Assembly (NCBI GenBank): GCA_022562055.1
Contig: JADFQA010000012.1
Location: 14,483-78,482 of the forward strand
DNA from: Acidobacteriota bacterium
GTDB taxonomy: Bacteria; Actinomycetota; Acidimicrobiia; Spongiisociales; UBA5794
Direction of reading: 5' to 3'
Length of the DNA stretch: 64,000 nucleotides
Position 1 is the first letter of the stretch, and each line of letters opens with the position of its first letter. Made by a program: the position numbers and the translations under genes. Below are positions 32,825 to 45,140 of the stretch, in pieces. A model generated the notes under the pieces. The model saw only the letters and a program-made list of their open reading frames with translations, made no database searches and was not told where the DNA came from.

Positions 32825-33130
32825 CTACCACGAGGCCTTTCGTACGCCGGGAAGTTCGCCGCGGTGCGCAAGTTCGCGCAACGTGATGCGCGAAACCCCG
32901 AACTTGCGGTAGTAGCCACGTGGGCGCCCGGTCTGGCCGCAGCGGTTGCGATACCGCGTCGCCGAAGCATCGCGCGGCATCTTTGCGATCGCTTGATACG
33001 CGACCCGCTTAGCTTCATAACTTGCGTTCGGATCCTTGATGACCACGACAAGTTCAGCGCGCCGGTCCGCGTAACGTTCGACTATGGCCTTGCGGCGTTT
33101 GTTCTTTTCGATCATTGATGTTTTCGCCAT
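32825..33130 (-). CDS. rpsN: 30S protein S14, long Zn-independent (C-) form
   Basis: 101 aa; PRDAS.TR.RNRC.QTGRPRG...SRI; only one Cys. Confidence 0.96.
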   Translation of the reverse strand: MAKTSMIEKNKRRKAIVERYADRRAELVVVIKDPNASYEAKRVAYQAIAKMPRDASATRYRNRCGQTGRPRGYYRKFGVSRITLRELAHRGELPGVRKASW

Positions 33131-33688
33131 TTACACACCTGCCTGTTGCTGGCGGAACGGGAAGCCGAAAGCGGCAAGCAGGGCACGGCCCTCTTCGTCC
33201 GTCCTGGCCGTAGTTACAAGAGTTATGTCCATACCGCGTACCTTGACAACCTTGTCGTAGTCGATCTCGGGGAACATGAGCTGTTCCTTCACACCAAAGG
33301 TGTAGTTGCCGTTGCCGTCAAAACCCTTCGGGTTAAGACCGCGAAAGTCGCGGATACGGGGAATTGCGAGCGTCACGAGACGATCGAAAAACTCCCACAT
33401 CCGGTCACCGCGCAGCGTCACCGATGCTCCGATTGCTTGCCCCTCGCGCAGTTTGAAGTTTGAAATCGACTTTTTGGCCCGGTTCACCTTCGGCTGCTGA
33501 CCGGTAATGACGCGTAAATCCTCCACCGCAGCGTTGACCAACTTGGAGTCGCCGGTTGCGTCGCCAACCCCCATGTTGACAACGATTTTTTGCATACGAG
33601 GCGTCTGCATGACGTTCTCGAGTCCAAGCTCCTCGCGAAGTTTGGTCGCAATCGAGTCGCCATACATGGTTTTTAAACGAGGAATCAC
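33131..33688 (-). CDS. rplE: 50S protein L5
   Basis: [17 protein letters not shown]. Confidence 0.98.
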   Translation of the reverse strand: MIPRLKTMYGDSIATKLREELGLENVMQTPRMQKIVVNMGVGDATGDSKLVNAAVEDLRVITGQQPKVNRAKKSISNFKLREGQAIGASVTLRGDRMWEFFDRLVTLAIPRIRDFRGLNPKGFDGNGNYTFGVKEQLMFPEIDYDKVVKVRGMDITLVTTARTDEEGRALLAAFGFPFRQQQAGV

Positions 33689-33993
33689 TTGAGATCACTC
33701 CCACACTTGCGACATATCCGCAGCTTGGCGCCGCCGTCGTCAAAACGGTACCCAATCTTGGTGGGACCACAATCGGGGCACACGATCATCACGTTCGATA
33801 CCGCAATGGGCTGATCCATGTCAATGATGCCGCCCTGCATTGCGTCACCCTGGGGACGGGTGTGCCGCTTGGCGGTAGCGACGCCCTCGACAACGATGCG
33901 ATCGCGCTTTTTGTAGACATGGGTGATCTTCGCTTCGACACCCTTGTCCTTGCCCGCAATAACCCGAACGTTGTCACCGACTCGTAACTTCAT
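33685..33993 (-). CDS. rplX: 50S protein L24
   Basis: [16 protein letters not shown] motif. Confidence 0.97.
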   Translation of the reverse strand: MKLRVGDNVRVIAGKDKGVEAKITHVYKKRDRIVVEGVATAKRHTRPQGDAMQGGIIDMDQPIAVSNVMIVCPDCGPTKIGYRFDDGGAKLRICRKCGSDLK

Positions 33994-34361
33994 CAGATCA
34001 CCTCTGGGGCGAGCGAGACGATGCGCATAAACTTCTTGTCGCGCAACTCACGAGCGACGGGACCGAAAATACGGGTGCCACGGAGCTGGCTGTTGTCGTC
34101 GATAATCACACAGGCGTTGTCGTCGAACCGAATATAGGTGCCATCGCTACGGCGGCGCTCCTTGCGCGTACGCACAACGACAGCCTTAACGACTTCGCCC
34201 TTCTTGACGTTGCCACCGGGTGTTGCATCCTTGACCGTACAGACAATGACGTCACCAACGAACGCGTATCGACGCCCGGACCCACCGAGCACGCGGATAC
34301 ACAGCACCTCTCGGGCACCCGAGTTATCGGCGACTTTGAGTCTGCTCTCTTGTTGGATCAT
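33993..34361 (-). CDS. rplN: 50S protein L14
   Basis: [19 protein letters not shown]. Confidence 0.98.
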   Translation of the reverse strand: MIQQESRLKVADNSGAREVLCIRVLGGSGRRYAFVGDVIVCTVKDATPGGNVKKGEVVKAVVVRTRKERRRSDGTYIRFDDNACVIIDDNSQLRGTRIFGPVARELRDKKFMRIVSLAPEVI

Positions 34362-34612
34362 CGGGCTCGCTCCACAATTTCTGATACGCGCCAGCGCTTG
34401 GTCTTAGACAACGGACGTGTCTCGACAATGCGGACGGTGTCACCCATACGAGCGTCATTGTTCTCGTCGTGGGCATGGAATCGCTTCCGAACAGGGATCG
34501 TCTTGGAGTAACGACGATGCTGCTTGGAGTCTCTAACCTCAACGGTAACCGTTTTATCGCGGGCATCCGAAACGACGGTGCCAGTGCGGACCTTGCGGCG
34601 TCCTCGTTCCAT
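34358..34612 (-). CDS. rpsQ: 30S protein S17
   Basis: [20 protein letters not shown]. Confidence 0.97.
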   Translation of the reverse strand: MERGRRKVRTGTVVSDARDKTVTVEVRDSKQHRRYSKTIPVRKRFHAHDENNDARMGDTVRIVETRPLSKTKRWRVSEIVERAR

Positions 34613-34830
34613 TAGTTGTCCTCCTGCTGGCGTTGCCATGCGTCAAGTTCTTGCTGAGCCATCACCGTACGAATTCGGGCGATGTCTTTCTTCACCTGAC
34701 CCATGCGGGTGGTGTTGTCAAGCTGATTGGTAGCGAGTTGAAAACGGAGATTGAAGAGTTCCTCTTTGGACTCTCCGAGTTTCTCACCGAGTTCGTCGTA
34801 TGTGAGGTCCGTAAGTTCGGCGATTTTCAT
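34612..34830 (-). CDS. rpmC: 50S protein L29
   Basis: [20 protein letters not shown]. Confidence 0.97.
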   Translation of the reverse strand: MKIAELTDLTYDELGEKLGESKEELFNLRFQLATNQLDNTTRMGQVKKDIARIRTVMAQQELDAWQRQQEDN

Positions 34831-35240
34831 ATGAGCTCCCGCTTCACAAACTTGGTCTTCATAGGAAGCTTATGGGCAGCAAGCCGCAGCGCCTCGCGGG
34901 CACGCTCCTCGGAGATCCCCGCCATCTCAAACATGACCCGCCCCGGCTTGATGACAGCAACCCAGTACTCGGGGTTGCCTTTTCCCGATCCCATACGGGT
35001 CTCCGCCGGTTTTTCGGTAATCGGTTTGTCTGGAAACACGTTTATCCAAACTTTTCCGTCGCGCTTCACCGACCTGGTCATCGCAATACGCGCCGCCTCT
35101 ATTTGGCGAGCGGTCAGCCATCCACGTTCCTGCGCTTGGAGACCAAACTCACCAAACGACACGGTCGAGCCACCCTTGGTGGACCCCTTCATCCTGCCTT
35201 TTTGGACCTTGCGGTACTTTGTGCGCTTAGGCATCAACAT
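34827..35240 (-). CDS. rplP: 50S protein L16
   Basis: RMGSGKG, RQIEAAR. Confidence 0.98.
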   Translation of the reverse strand: MLMPKRTKYRKVQKGRMKGSTKGGSTVSFGEFGLQAQERGWLTARQIEAARIAMTRSVKRDGKVWINVFPDKPITEKPAETRMGSGKGNPEYWVAVIKPGRVMFEMAGISEERAREALRLAAHKLPMKTKFVKRELI

Positions 35241-35242
35241 GA

Positions 35243-36448
35243 CTAGGCACCCTTGCCGTCAGAGTCAGGGGCCCCGCTAGCGTCAGCAGCCTCGTCAGCG
35301 TCAGCGGCCCCGTCGGCAGCGGCATCCTCAGACGTGTCGCCTTCGGCAACTGCCTCTGGAGTAGCGCCGTCGTCGGATGAGGTGTCACTGTCAGACGCGT
35401 CATCGACGTCTACGGCCTCGGTCGTCGAACTCTCTGAAGAGTCTTGGGTGACGTCAATGGCATCTGTCTGAGACTCGGTCTTTGTCTCCACGTCGCTCGT
35501 GGACGTTTGCTCGCTCGAGACATCCGCGGCCACGTCGGTGGCCGTGGTGCCGTCGACAGCGCCGCGTGCATCGTCAAGCTCTTCCTTAACATCGGCGGCC
35601 GACACTGTGGGTGTGTCTTCGTGCTTTGGACGACGTTTACCGCCGCCGGCCTCAACAAGACGTTTGCCGCCGCCGGCCTCGATGATCTTGCGTGGGCCGG
35701 TAGGACCACCGCCTTTTGCGGCTGCCTCGGCACGAGACTTCGCCGGGCGACGGCGATTCGACGGACCACCTGCAGCGAGCCGAGCCTCGGCCGCAATCTT
35801 GTCTGCGCGCCCGAGCAGTGATGGTGAAACATCACCCTTGTACACCCACACCTTGATGCCGATCGTTCCGACGGTGGTGTGCGCGGTGGCGACGCCGTAG
35901 TCAATGTCGGCGCGCAGGGTGTGCAATGGCACACGACCTTCGAGGTACCACTCTCGACGACCCATGTCAGCGCCGCCGAGACGACCAGACGCCTGCACAC
36001 GGACACCCTCAGCACCTGCCTTGAGCGCGGTTGCGACAGTGCGCTTCATAGCTCGCCGGAAAGACACCCGACCCTCAAGCTGGTCAGCGACCGAACGGGC
36101 GAGCAGCGTCGCATCGAGCTCGGCGTTCTGGACCTCTATGACGTTGAACTTCACAATGAGACCGGTGAGTTTCTCAAGCCCGCGGCGCATCCGCTCGGCC
36201 TCAGAACCTGCGCGACCAATCACAACACCAGGTCGCCCCGTGTGGATATCGATCTGGACCTTCTTGTCACCGATTCGTTCGATGTCTATCCGCGAGATTG
36301 CACCGCGCGATAGTTCAGTCGTGAGATACGTGCGGATATCGGCGTCTTGGTTGACCTGGAACGCGTAGTCCTTTTCGGAGTACCAGCGTGACTTCCAGTC
36401 CGTGACGATGCCCAGACGGAGTCCGTACGGATGTATTTTCTGTCCCAC
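35243..36448 (-). CDS. rpsC: 30S protein S3 with long C-terminal extension
   Basis: [26 protein letters not shown]; basic then acidic tail. Confidence 0.97.
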   Translation of the reverse strand: MGQKIHPYGLRLGIVTDWKSRWYSEKDYAFQVNQDADIRTYLTTELSRGAISRIDIERIGDKKVQIDIHTGRPGVVIGRAGSEAERMRRGLEKLTGLIVKFNVIEVQNAELDATLLARSVADQLEGRVSFRRAMKRTVATALKAGAEGVRVQASGRLGGADMGRREWYLEGRVPLHTLRADIDYGVATAHTTVGTIGIKVWVYKGDVSPSLLGRADKIAAEARLAAGGPSNRRRPAKSRAEAAAKGGGPTGPRKIIEAGGGKRLVEAGGGKRRPKHEDTPTVSAADVKEELDDARGAVDGTTATDVAADVSSEQTSTSDVETKTESQTDAIDVTQDSSESSTTEAVDVDDASDSDTSSDDGATPEAVAEGDTSEDAAADGAADADEAADASGAPDSDGKGA

Positions 36449-36789
36449 TACGCCTCCTCTCTTTCGGATACAACGATGGTGATGTGACAGGTGCGCTTGC
36501 GAATCTTGGTTGCGCGGCCACGAGCACGTGGGCGCCAACGTTTCAGCGTCGGACCTTCGTCGGCGTATGCCTCAGAAATGAACAACTCATCTGCGTCGAG
36601 AGCATGGTTGTGCTCAGCGTTTGCGACGGCGGAATCGAGGACCTTCAGGATGGTGTCAGCCGCTCTGCGATTGGTAAACCTCAACACATCGCTGGCTTCG
36701 TCGACCGGAAGTTCGCGAACCAAATCGAGAACTCGACGGACCTTATACGGTGACTGACGGATGTACTTCGCCTGCGCTTTGACGTTCAT
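36448..36789 (-). CDS. rplV: 50S protein L22
   Basis: [13 protein letters not shown]. Confidence 0.98.
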   Translation of the reverse strand: MNVKAQAKYIRQSPYKVRRVLDLVRELPVDEASDVLRFTNRRAADTILKVLDSAVANAEHNHALDADELFISEAYADEGPTLKRWRPRARGRATKIRKRTCHITIVVSEREEA

Positions 36790-37064
36790 CGGCGCCTCGA
36801 TGACTTGTCAGCAACGTGGCCGCGGAAGGTGCGCGTTGGTGCGAACTCGCCAAGCTTGTGCCCCACCATGGACTCGCTGATGTAGACGGGCACATGCTTG
36901 CGCCCGTCATGCACTGCAATCGTGTGCCCGACCATGTCGGGAATGATGGTGGAGCGGCGGCTCCAAGTGCGGATAACACGCTTTTCGCCACGCTCGTTTG
37001 CGCCTTCGATCTTCCGCAGAAGGTGCTCATCGACGAACGGGCCCTTTTTGAGACTTCTCGCCAT
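36786..37064 (-). CDS. rpsS: 30S protein S19
   Basis: [19 protein letters not shown]. Confidence 0.98.
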   Translation of the reverse strand: MARSLKKGPFVDEHLLRKIEGANERGEKRVIRTWSRRSTIIPDMVGHTIAVHDGRKHVPVYISESMVGHKLGEFAPTRTFRGHVADKSSRRR

Positions 37065-37067
37065 GGG

Positions 37068-37901
37068 CTACCTCTTTCCCTTCTTCGTACGACGACGCAC
37101 GATGTACTTGTCAGATGTCTTATTTGCTTTGCGGGTTCGACCCTCTGGTTTACCCCACGGACTCACCGGGTGACGACCGCCAGAACTACGACCCTCACCA
37201 CCACCGAGCGGGTGATCGACAGGGTTCATGGCAACACCGCGCGATTGCGGGCGGATGCCCTTCCAACGGTTTCTGCCGGCCTTGCCGATCTTGATGAGTT
37301 CAGCGTCGGTGTTACCAACCTGGCCGATGGTGGCGCGACAGTCGAGCAATACCTGACGCGTCTCGCCAGACGGGAGACGCAACAGAGCAAGCTTCTTCTC
37401 TTTGGACATCAGTTGGACAGCAGTGCCCGCCGCGCGGGCCATCTTGGCTCCGCCTCCGGGACGAAGCTCCACCCCGTGGACCATGGTCCCGGTCGGGATG
37501 TTGCGAAGCGGCAAGCAATTCCCTGGCCGAATGTCAGCCCCCGAACCCGACTCGAGCATGTCGCCAACCTTGATCTGCAGGGGCGCAAGGATGTACCGCT
37601 TCTCACCATCGACATAGTGCAGTAGCGCAATGCGAGCGTTGCGGTTGGGGTCGTATTCAATGGACGCAACCTTGGCCGGAATACCGTCCTTGTTGCGCCG
37701 GAAGTCGATGATCCGGTAGCGGCGTTTGTGACCGCCACCGCGATGGCGCGAAGTGATTCGGCCATAGCTGTTGCGGCCCGAAGAACGCTTCTGCTTGACA
37801 AGCAAAGACTTTTCAGGTTTCGAAGTTGTGATTTCGCCGAAGTCGGAGACGGTTTGGAACCGCCGGCCCGGCGACGTTGGTTTACGTTTCTTGACTGCCA
37901 T
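37068..37901 (-). CDS. rplB: 50S protein L2
   Basis: [26 protein letters not shown]. Confidence 0.99.
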   Translation of the reverse strand: MAVKKRKPTSPGRRFQTVSDFGEITTSKPEKSLLVKQKRSSGRNSYGRITSRHRGGGHKRRYRIIDFRRNKDGIPAKVASIEYDPNRNARIALLHYVDGEKRYILAPLQIKVGDMLESGSGADIRPGNCLPLRNIPTGTMVHGVELRPGGGAKMARAAGTAVQLMSKEKKLALLRLPSGETRQVLLDCRATIGQVGNTDAELIKIGKAGRNRWKGIRPQSRGVAMNPVDHPLGGGEGRSSGGRHPVSPWGKPEGRTRKANKTSDKYIVRRRTKKGKR

Positions 37902-37903
37902 CG

Positions 37904-38191
37904 TTAAACCTCGAAGATGTCGATCGACTCGTCGGGGGCGAGCGTTACCAGCGCACGCTTTTGGTCCGAACGTTTCCCGATCGTGTAGCCGGTGCGCTTG
38001 CGCTTGCCTTTGCGGTTGATCGTGTTCACGGAGATCACCTTGACATCAAAGATCTTCTGAATCGCTTGTTTGATCTCGGTCTTGTTGGTCCGCGGGTGCA
38101 CGAGAAATGTGTACGTGTTGAAGTCTTCGACCAGTTGGTACGACTTTTCGGAGACAACCGGGGAAAGGATTACGTCGCGGGCGTCCTTCAT
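37904..38191 (-). CDS. rplW: 50S protein L23
   Basis: PVVSEKS, NKTEIK. Confidence 0.97.
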   Translation of the reverse strand: MKDARDVILSPVVSEKSYQLVEDFNTYTFLVHPRTNKTEIKQAIQKIFDVKVISVNTINRKGKRKRTGYTIGKRSDQKRALVTLAPDESIDIFEV

Positions 38192-38910
38192 GCGTCGTCA
38201 CCCCCCGAAGATTCTGCGCTGTCGCTCGCAGCGGCGTCGCCTTGTGCAGCAGCGACCTGAGCAGCATGCTCGGATGAACCACGCGGCACGTTCTGCCCCA
38301 ACTCGAGCGTTCCTTTGCTCATCACGATCGTATCGGCCCACAGCACGTCGTACGTGTTCGCCTGTCCGACGTTGCTTGCAATCACACGCTTGATGTTGCG
38401 GAACGACTTGATCGCAATTCGTTCGTGGTCCTCAGCCAACAAGAGAACCTTGCCGGTTACACCCATGGCGTCGAGCAACTTGACTGCATTTTTCGTCTTG
38501 GGACCGTCCCAATCGAACTCTGCAACAACTTTGATCTGCTGCTCGGCTGCGCGAATCGACAGCGCCGAACGCAGCGCAAGACGACGCATCTTCTTTGGCG
38601 TCCGCTGCGTGTAGTCACGAGGTTTTGGCCCATGGGCAATACCACCGCCTATCCACTGCGGAGAACGGATCGATCCGTGTCGTGCACGACCGAGACCCTT
38701 CTGACGCCATGGTTTGCGCCCACCACCACGCACCTCAGCGCGGGTCTTGGTGGAGTGCGTTCCTTGACGGGCAGCGGCGAGCTGTGCTGTGACGACCTGA
38801 TGCATCACGTCCTTGTTTGGCTCGATACCAAAGATGTCCGCGTTCAGCTCGACCTGACCGTGTGGGGTTCCGTCGGCGCTGTAGAGGTCGGCAGTGATCT
38901 TGCTAGCCAT
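38188..38910 (-). CDS. rplD: 50S protein L4
   Basis: [19 protein letters not shown]. Confidence 0.98.
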   Translation of the reverse strand: MASKITADLYSADGTPHGQVELNADIFGIEPNKDVMHQVVTAQLAAARQGTHSTKTRAEVRGGGRKPWRQKGLGRARHGSIRSPQWIGGGIAHGPKPRDYTQRTPKKMRRLALRSALSIRAAEQQIKVVAEFDWDGPKTKNAVKLLDAMGVTGKVLLLAEDHERIAIKSFRNIKRVIASNVGQANTYDVLWADTIVMSKGTLELGQNVPRGSSEHAAQVAAAQGDAAASDSAESSGGDDA

Positions 38911-39541
38911 GTGCCTTCACCGCCTCGCGAATGATGACAAGGCCGCGTTTGTTGCCGGGCACTGCGCCTCTGACCATCAATAGGCCCCGATCAGCATCGA
39001 TCTTTGCAATCGTGAGGTTCATAGCTGTGCGTGTGTTACCACCCATGCGACCAGGCATACGCTTCCCCTTGTGGACACGGGCAGGTGTTGCACAGGCGCC
39101 GATCGACCCTGGTGCTCGGTGAACCCGATGTGCCCCATGGGAGGCGGGCATGCCCTTGAAGTTGTGGCGTTTCATCACCCCGGCAAATCCCTTGCCCTTG
39201 GTGACACCCGCAACGTCGATCTTCTGACCGACCTCGAACAGATCGGTGATCGATATCTCCTGACCGAGTGAGTACTGCGAAACGTCGTCGACACGAATTT
39301 CGACAATGTGCTTCGCCGGCGCAACACCCGACTTTGCGAAGTGGCCTGCTGTTGGGCGATTGACGTGACGCTCTGGCAACTCTTTGTATGCGATCTGGAT
39401 CGCCTCATACCCGTCGTTGTCCTGCGTTTTGATTTGTGTGACGTGAACGGGACCAGCCTTGATGATGGTCACCGGAATTACCCGGTTCTCATCATCGAAG
39501 ATCTGAGTCATGCCCAGCTTTTCGCCAAGAATCGCTTTCAC
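38903..39541 (-). CDS. rplC: 50S protein L3
   Basis: [18 protein letters not shown]. Confidence 0.98.
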   Translation of the reverse strand: MKAILGEKLGMTQIFDDENRVIPVTIIKAGPVHVTQIKTQDNDGYEAIQIAYKELPERHVNRPTAGHFAKSGVAPAKHIVEIRVDDVSQYSLGQEISITDLFEVGQKIDVAGVTKGKGFAGVMKRHNFKGMPASHGAHRVHRAPGSIGACATPARVHKGKRMPGRMGGNTRTAMNLTIAKIDADRGLLMVRGAVPGNKRGLVIIREAVKAHG

Positions 39542-39849
39542 GTCTTGATCTCCACTTCAACCCCGGCGGGCAGATCGAGACGCATGAGAGCGTCCACTGT
39601 CTTTGGCGTCGGATCAAGAATGTCAATCAAACGCTTGTGGATACGTATCTCGAAGTGCTCGCGGCTCGTCTTATCGACATGCGGGCCACGGATGACGCAG
39701 TACCGGTGGATACGGGTCGGCAACGGAATCGGGCCCTTGATCTTCGCTTGGGTACGAATCACCGTTTCTGCAATTTTGCGCGCCGACTCATCAACCACTG
39801 AGTGGTCGTAGGCCTTGAGTCTGATCCGGATCCTGTGTTCGTTAGCCAT
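39538..39849 (-). CDS. rpsJ: 30S protein S10
   Basis: [17 protein letters not shown]. Confidence 0.98.
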   Translation of the reverse strand: MANEHRIRIRLKAYDHSVVDESARKIAETVIRTQAKIKGPIPLPTRIHRYCVIRGPHVDKTSREHFEIRIHKRLIDILDPTPKTVDALMRLDLPAGVEVEIKT

Positions 39850-39869
39850 GGTTCAGTAACTCCCAGTCC

Positions 39870-41060
39870 CTACTTGATGATTTTGGTGACTCGGCCGGCA
39901 CCAACAGTCCGCCCACCCTCACGAATAGCGAACCGCAACCCCTCATCCATAGCAATCGGATTAATCAACTCAACCGTCATCTCAGTGTTATCACCAGGCA
40001 TCACCATCTCCGTACCCTCAGGCAACGACACCGAACCAGTCACATCCGTCGTCCGAAAATAAAACTGCGGACGATACCCATCAAAAAACGGGTTCTGACG
40101 CCCACCCTCATTACGCGTCAACACATACACCTGAGCCTCAAACAACGTATGAGGAGTAATCGAACCCGGCGCCGCAATCACCTGACCACGCTCCACATCC
40201 TCCTTACCCGTCCCCCGCAACAACAACCCAACATTGTCACCAGCATGAGCCTCATCCAACAACTTACGAAACATCTCCACCCCAGTAACCGTCGTCTTCT
40301 GCAACGCCCGAATACCAACAATGTCAACCTCAGACGCAATCTTCAACCATCACTGCTCAACCCGCCCAGTCACCACAGTCCCCCGCCCAGTAATCGAAAA
40401 CACATCCTCAATCGGCATCAAAAACGGCTTATCCATATCCCGCTCAGGCAACAAAATGTACTCATCAACAGCCGCCATCAACTCCAAAACCTGAGCCGAA
40501 GCACCCTCATCACCCTCCAACGCCAACAACGCCGAACCACGAATCACCGGAACCTCATCACCCGGGAACTCATACTCCGACAACAACTCCCGAACCTCCA
40601 ACTCAACAAGATCCAACAACTCCTCATCATCCACCATGTCAACCTTATTCAAAAAGACAACAATCCGAGGAACCCCAACCTGCAACGCCAACAACACATG
40701 CTCACGCGTCTGCGGCATCGGACCATCAGCAGCCGACACCACCAAAATCGCACCATCAATCTGCGCAGCACCCGTAATCATATTCTTCACATAATCAGCA
40801 TGACCCGGCATATCAACATGCGCATAATGACGATTCACCGTCTCATACTCCACATGAGAAATCGCAATCGTAATACCACGCTCACGCTCCTCAGGAGCAT
40901 TATCAATCTCATCAAAAGCAGTGAACTGCGTCACCCCACCAACAGTCTCAGCCAACACCCGCGTAATCGCAGCAGTCAACGTCGTCTTCCCATGATCAAT
41001 ATGACCCATCGTCCCAACATTCACATGCGGCTTCACCCGCTCAAACTTCTCCTTAGCCAT
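39870..41060 (-). CDS. tuf: EF-Tu, str-operon copy, with in-frame TGA at 40350-40352 (pseudogene or consensus error)
   Basis: [12 protein letters not shown]; two ORFs in the same frame; near-identical to the copy at 63014-64000. Confidence 0.9.
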
Positions 41061-41074
41061 AACGGCGACTCCTT

Positions 41075-43177
41075 CTATTCGCCACGAACCTTGGCAACAA
41101 TTTCTTGCGCCACGGTGCTCGGGACTTCTTGGTACGAATGAAACTGCATGCTGTAGCTGGCGCGACCTTTGGTTCGAGAACGAAGATCGCTCACGTAGCC
41201 AAACATCTCTGCCAGCGGCGTCAATGCATTGATGATTTTGATGGGTCCACGGGAATCCATGGACTCAACCTTTCCACGACGAGCGGAGATATCACCGATG
41301 ACATCTCCCAAGTGCTCTTCTGGTGTGACTACCTCGACCTCCATTATGGGTTCGAGAAGTTTTATGCCCGCCCGCTCGGCAGCCGCTTTGAGGGCCATTG
41401 AACCGGCGATTCGGAACGCCATCTCGTTCGAGTCCACGTTATGGCTCGAGCCGTCGATCAGCGTTGCCTTTAGGTCGACAAGCGGGAATCCCGCGAGAAC
41501 ACCGGCTTCGAGAACGTCGCGCATTCCTTTTTCTGCAGCGGGGATAAACTCGCGTGGAACGGACCCACCCTTGATTTTGTCGATGAATTCGAATCCTGAC
41601 CCCGGCGCACCTGGTTCAAGGTTGATAACGACGTGGCCGTACATACCGGAGCCACCGGTCTGCTTCTTCAGCTTGCCGTCAATCTTGGTAACTGCCCTTT
41701 TGATCGTCTCGCGATACGCGACCTGAGGCCGACCGACATCAGCCTCGACCTTGAACTCGCGTCGCAAACGGTCGACAAGGATATCGAGGTGCAGTTCGCC
41801 CATGCCTGCAATGATCGTCTGACCTGTCTCCTCGTCGGTGTGGACCACAAACGTCGGGTCTTCTTCGGCAAGACGCATGAGGCCTTCGCCGAGTTTGTCC
41901 TGAGCGGCCTTGTTCTTCGGCTCAATCGCCACCGAAATCACAGGATCGGGGAAGGTCATCGACTCGAGTTGGATCGGTGCGTCCTGAGCGGACAGGGTGT
42001 GCCCGGTCTTCGTTGCTTTCAACCCAACCGCCGCCACAATGTCACCGGTGCGAACCTCGTCAATATCCTCTTGCGTGTTTGCATGCATGCGCAGCAAACG
42101 TCCGAACCGCTCGCGCTTTCCGGTGGTCGCGTTCACGACGGTGTCGCCCCTCTTGGCCCACCCCGAGTACACGCGGAAGTAGGTGAGTTTCCCAACATAG
42201 GGATCGGACATGATCTTGAATGCCAACGCCGAGAATGGCTCGTCATCGCTCGGCTTGCGCTCGAGTATCTCGTCCTCTTTTCCTGGTCTGAAACCGGTCA
42301 TCGGGGGAACATCGAGCGGGCTTGGAAGATACATCACCACGCCGTCGAGGAGACCCTGGACGCCCTTGTTTTTGAGGGCAGATCCGAGAAGTACCGGTAC
42401 GAAATCGTGGTTGATGGTGCCTTTACGAATGGCCGCACGCAGCTCATCGGGGGTGATTTCCTCGTCAGAGAGATATTTCTCAAGGAGGTCGGCGTCCTCT
42501 GCCGCAACAATGTCGAGCAGCTTTGCGCGATACTCATCGGCCTGCTCCTGGAGCTCGGCCGGGATGTCTACAACGTCCCACTCTTTGCCGTCGTCGGTTT
42601 TGCCGTCGTCGGTGTCCCGATACACGATTGCTTTCATATCGACGAGGTCGATGGCGCCGGAAAAGTCACCCTCAACTCCCACCGGAATCTGAACGGCGAC
42701 TGGGTTACCACCGAGGCGATCGACAATCGAATCGATAGCGGCAAAGTAGTCTGCGCCGATCCGATCCATCTTGTTGATGAAGCAGATGCGGGGGACCCCG
42801 TACTTGTCGGCTTGACGCCATACAGTCTCTGACTGCGGCTCAACACCTGAGACCGCATCGAAAACCGCAACCGCGCCATCGAGAACACGAAGCGACCGCT
42901 CGACCTCGACCGTGAAATCGACGTGCCCAGGCGTATCAATAATGTTGATGGTGTGATCATCCCAAAGGCACGTGGTGGCGGCAGACGTAATAGTGATGCC
43001 GCGTTCCTGCTCCTGCTCCATCCAGTCCATGACAGCAGACCCCTCGTGGACCTCACCGATCTTGTACGTGCGACCGGTGTAGTAGAGGATCCGCTCTGTC
43101 ACTGTCGTCTTACCGGCATCGATGTGAGCCATGATGCCGATATTGCGAACCGTTTCGAGTTTCATACTGCGTGCCAT
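41075..43177 (-). CDS. fusA: Elongation factor G
   Basis: [21 protein letters not shown]. Confidence 0.99.
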   Translation of the reverse strand: MARSMKLETVRNIGIMAHIDAGKTTVTERILYYTGRTYKIGEVHEGSAVMDWMEQEQERGITITSAATTCLWDDHTINIIDTPGHVDFTVEVERSLRVLDGAVAVFDAVSGVEPQSETVWRQADKYGVPRICFINKMDRIGADYFAAIDSIVDRLGGNPVAVQIPVGVEGDFSGAIDLVDMKAIVYRDTDDGKTDDGKEWDVVDIPAELQEQADEYRAKLLDIVAAEDADLLEKYLSDEEITPDELRAAIRKGTINHDFVPVLLGSALKNKGVQGLLDGVVMYLPSPLDVPPMTGFRPGKEDEILERKPSDDEPFSALAFKIMSDPYVGKLTYFRVYSGWAKRGDTVVNATTGKRERFGRLLRMHANTQEDIDEVRTGDIVAAVGLKATKTGHTLSAQDAPIQLESMTFPDPVISVAIEPKNKAAQDKLGEGLMRLAEEDPTFVVHTDEETGQTIIAGMGELHLDILVDRLRREFKVEADVGRPQVAYRETIKRAVTKIDGKLKKQTGGSGMYGHVVINLEPGAPGSGFEFIDKIKGGSVPREFIPAAEKGMRDVLEAGVLAGFPLVDLKATLIDGSSHNVDSNEMAFRIAGSMALKAAAERAGIKLLEPIMEVEVVTPEEHLGDVIGDISARRGKVESMDSRGPIKIINALTPLAEMFGYVSDLRSRTKGRASYSMQFHSYQEVPSTVAQEIVAKVRGE

Positions 43178-43182
43178 ATGAT

Positions 43183-43650
43183 TTACCAGCGATAGTGCGC
43201 AAAAGCCCTGTTGGACTCAGCCATCTTGTGAATATCTTCGCGACGTTTCACGGCAGCGCCGCTTCGTCGTGACGCGTCGAGAATCTCGTTGGCGAGACGC
43301 TCAGACATGGTGCTTTCCTTGCGCTTGCGAGCGAACTCCACGAGCCAGCGAACGGCGAGAGTCTGGGAACGGCGCGGCCGTACCTCGACAGGCACCTGGT
43401 ACGACGCACCGCCGACTCGACGGGAGCGAACCTCAAGAGTCGGACGAACATTTTCGATCGCGCGCGTCAGCACAGGCAACGGATCGCCGCCGGTGCGGCG
43501 TTCAACCGTGTCCATGGCCCCGTAGACAATACGACGGGCGGCGCCCTTCTTGCCTTTCAACAAAACCTTGTTGATGACCTGAGTAACCAACGTCGAGTCG
43601 TAGATCGGATCGGCCTCAAGAACGCGGACTTCCGCGGGAGCTCTGCGCAT
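43183..43650 (-). CDS. rpsG: 30S protein S7
   Basis: [21 protein letters not shown]. Confidence 0.98.
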   Translation of the reverse strand: MRRAPAEVRVLEADPIYDSTLVTQVINKVLLKGKKGAARRIVYGAMDTVERRTGGDPLPVLTRAIENVRPTLEVRSRRVGGASYQVPVEVRPRRSQTLAVRWLVEFARKRKESTMSERLANEILDASRRSGAAVKRREDIHKMAESNRAFAHYRW

Positions 43651-43652
43651 GG

Positions 43653-44024
43653 CTACTGACCCTTCTTCGTGCCGTAGCGGGACCGGGACTGCTTGCGGCC
43701 ATCGACTCCGGAAGCATCAAGTGCGCCGCGGATGACTTTGTAACGAACGCCAGGGAGATCCTTCACACGACCGCCACGCACGAGAACAATGCTGTGCTCC
43801 TGGAGGTTGTGTCCTTCACCAGGGATGTAGGCGGTAACTTCCATCCCCGAGGTCAGGCGAACGCGACATACCTTGCGGAGCGCCGAGTTCGGCTTTTTTG
43901 GCGTGACTGTGTACACGCGCGTGCACACGCCACGTCGCTGAGGTGACCCGGCGAGACCGAGCGTTTTCGACTTCTTCACCTTTGGCTTCCGCCCTTGGCG
44001 GACTAACTGCTGCACAGTCGGCAC
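43653..44024 (-). CDS. rpsL: 30S protein S12
   Basis: [18 protein letters not shown]; GTG start. Confidence 0.98.
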   Translation of the reverse strand: MPTVQQLVRQGRKPKVKKSKTLGLAGSPQRRGVCTRVYTVTPKKPNSALRKVCRVRLTSGMEVTAYIPGEGHNLQEHSIVLVRGGRVKDLPGVRYKVIRGALDASGVDGRKQSRSRYGTKKGQ

Positions 44025-44311
44025 AGTTGCTCTTCTCTCTCTTTGGCGCACCCGTCCCATGTCATCCAGGGCGGGTTCTTACAAGCGAAAATCGGCGCCA
44101 TCACCTTTGTGATGGTGCCGACCCCGATACAGTCACTCCGTTACAACAGCGCCCGAGGGCGCTTCCGGGTAGCCGGGGACTGTGGGTGTAAACCGGTGGG
44201 TAATTATAAACACGCGTTTTCACGCGCGCAAAACAGAAGCCCGTACAGTTTCTTGTCTCACTGGCCGGTCACGCTTCGCGATACACGACAACTAGCTGTA
44301 CTCAGTTTCTC

Positions 44312-45085
44312 TCACGGTTCGGGCCACCCGGACGATGTTTCGTCAGAGGTGTCTGATGACTCGCTGCGACCGTCCGGTGGCGCCTCGATCAGGGGCTGCG
44401 GGGACCGCATGCGTCGATAAGGGTTGGGCGCAAGAATCCCCTGTATCGCGATGATCATGATGAATATCTGAATGGTCTGAGCGCCCGGGAGCAGAACCCG
44501 GGCTGCATATACGGTCGCGACAACCGCAACCACGGAGATACCACGCGCTACGGCGTACGCTTTGGCGGGATCCACCCTGAGCGCGAGGGCGTGGAAAGTC
44601 ATGTAGCCGCCGTCGAGCGGGAGCATCGGCACCCAGTTGAACAGGCCCCAAAAGAACGCTGAGAGCACGAATCCACTGATGAGGAACCGCAGATCACCAC
44701 TCGGGATCGAGATCGCGCCGGTCACCATCGCCCAATGCAGTGGACCCGCAACGACGATTCCAACGGCCGACCCCGCGCCCGAAATGAGAAACCGGCGTCC
44801 GTGACTCATCTCACCTGGGAGAAACGTCGTAGCTCCACCAAACACCATCATCGAAATCCGCACGTCGCGAGCACCAAAACGAGTTGCCAAAACAGCATGT
44901 CCGAGTTCGTGAAGCAGGATCGCAACCAGGAAGCCGGTGGCCCACCAGATGGCGCCGGTCATTCCGATTTGACCGGCAAGGAACGCAACAATCACCAACA
45001 CGGACCAGTGGATGGTGACCGGTATTGCCCCCACAGTGAAGGACAGTCTCCCCTTGCTGGTTTGGCCGACGGGTGTCGGTATCAC
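44312..45085 (-). CDS. Site-2 protease (M50) membrane metalloprotease
   Basis: HELGH, AG.A, NWVPMLPLDGG. Confidence 0.9.
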   Translation of the reverse strand: MIPTPVGQTSKGRLSFTVGAIPVTIHWSVLVIVAFLAGQIGMTGAIWWATGFLVAILLHELGHAVLATRFGARDVRISMMVFGGATTFLPGEMSHGRRFLISGAGSAVGIVVAGPLHWAMVTGAISIPSGDLRFLISGFVLSAFFWGLFNWVPMLPLDGGYMTFHALALRVDPAKAYAVARGISVVAVVATVYAARVLLPGAQTIQIFIMIIAIQGILAPNPYRRMRSPQPLIEAPPDGRSESSDTSDETSSGWPEP

Positions 45086-45140
45086 ATGCGCCCCTGCAAG
45101 AATTGACTGCTAAAGCTGAATCAACAGTAGCGTCTGTGCA

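Noticed and set aside
40350-40352. UGA recoding (Sec/Trp/Gly) in tuf
   Set aside because: TGA is used as a normal stop throughout the window; neighbouring substitutions point to error or damage
40149-41141. 330-aa plus-strand ORF antisense to tuf, and many similar shadow ORFs
   Set aside because: Artefact of codon bias on the opposite strand; no recognisable motifs
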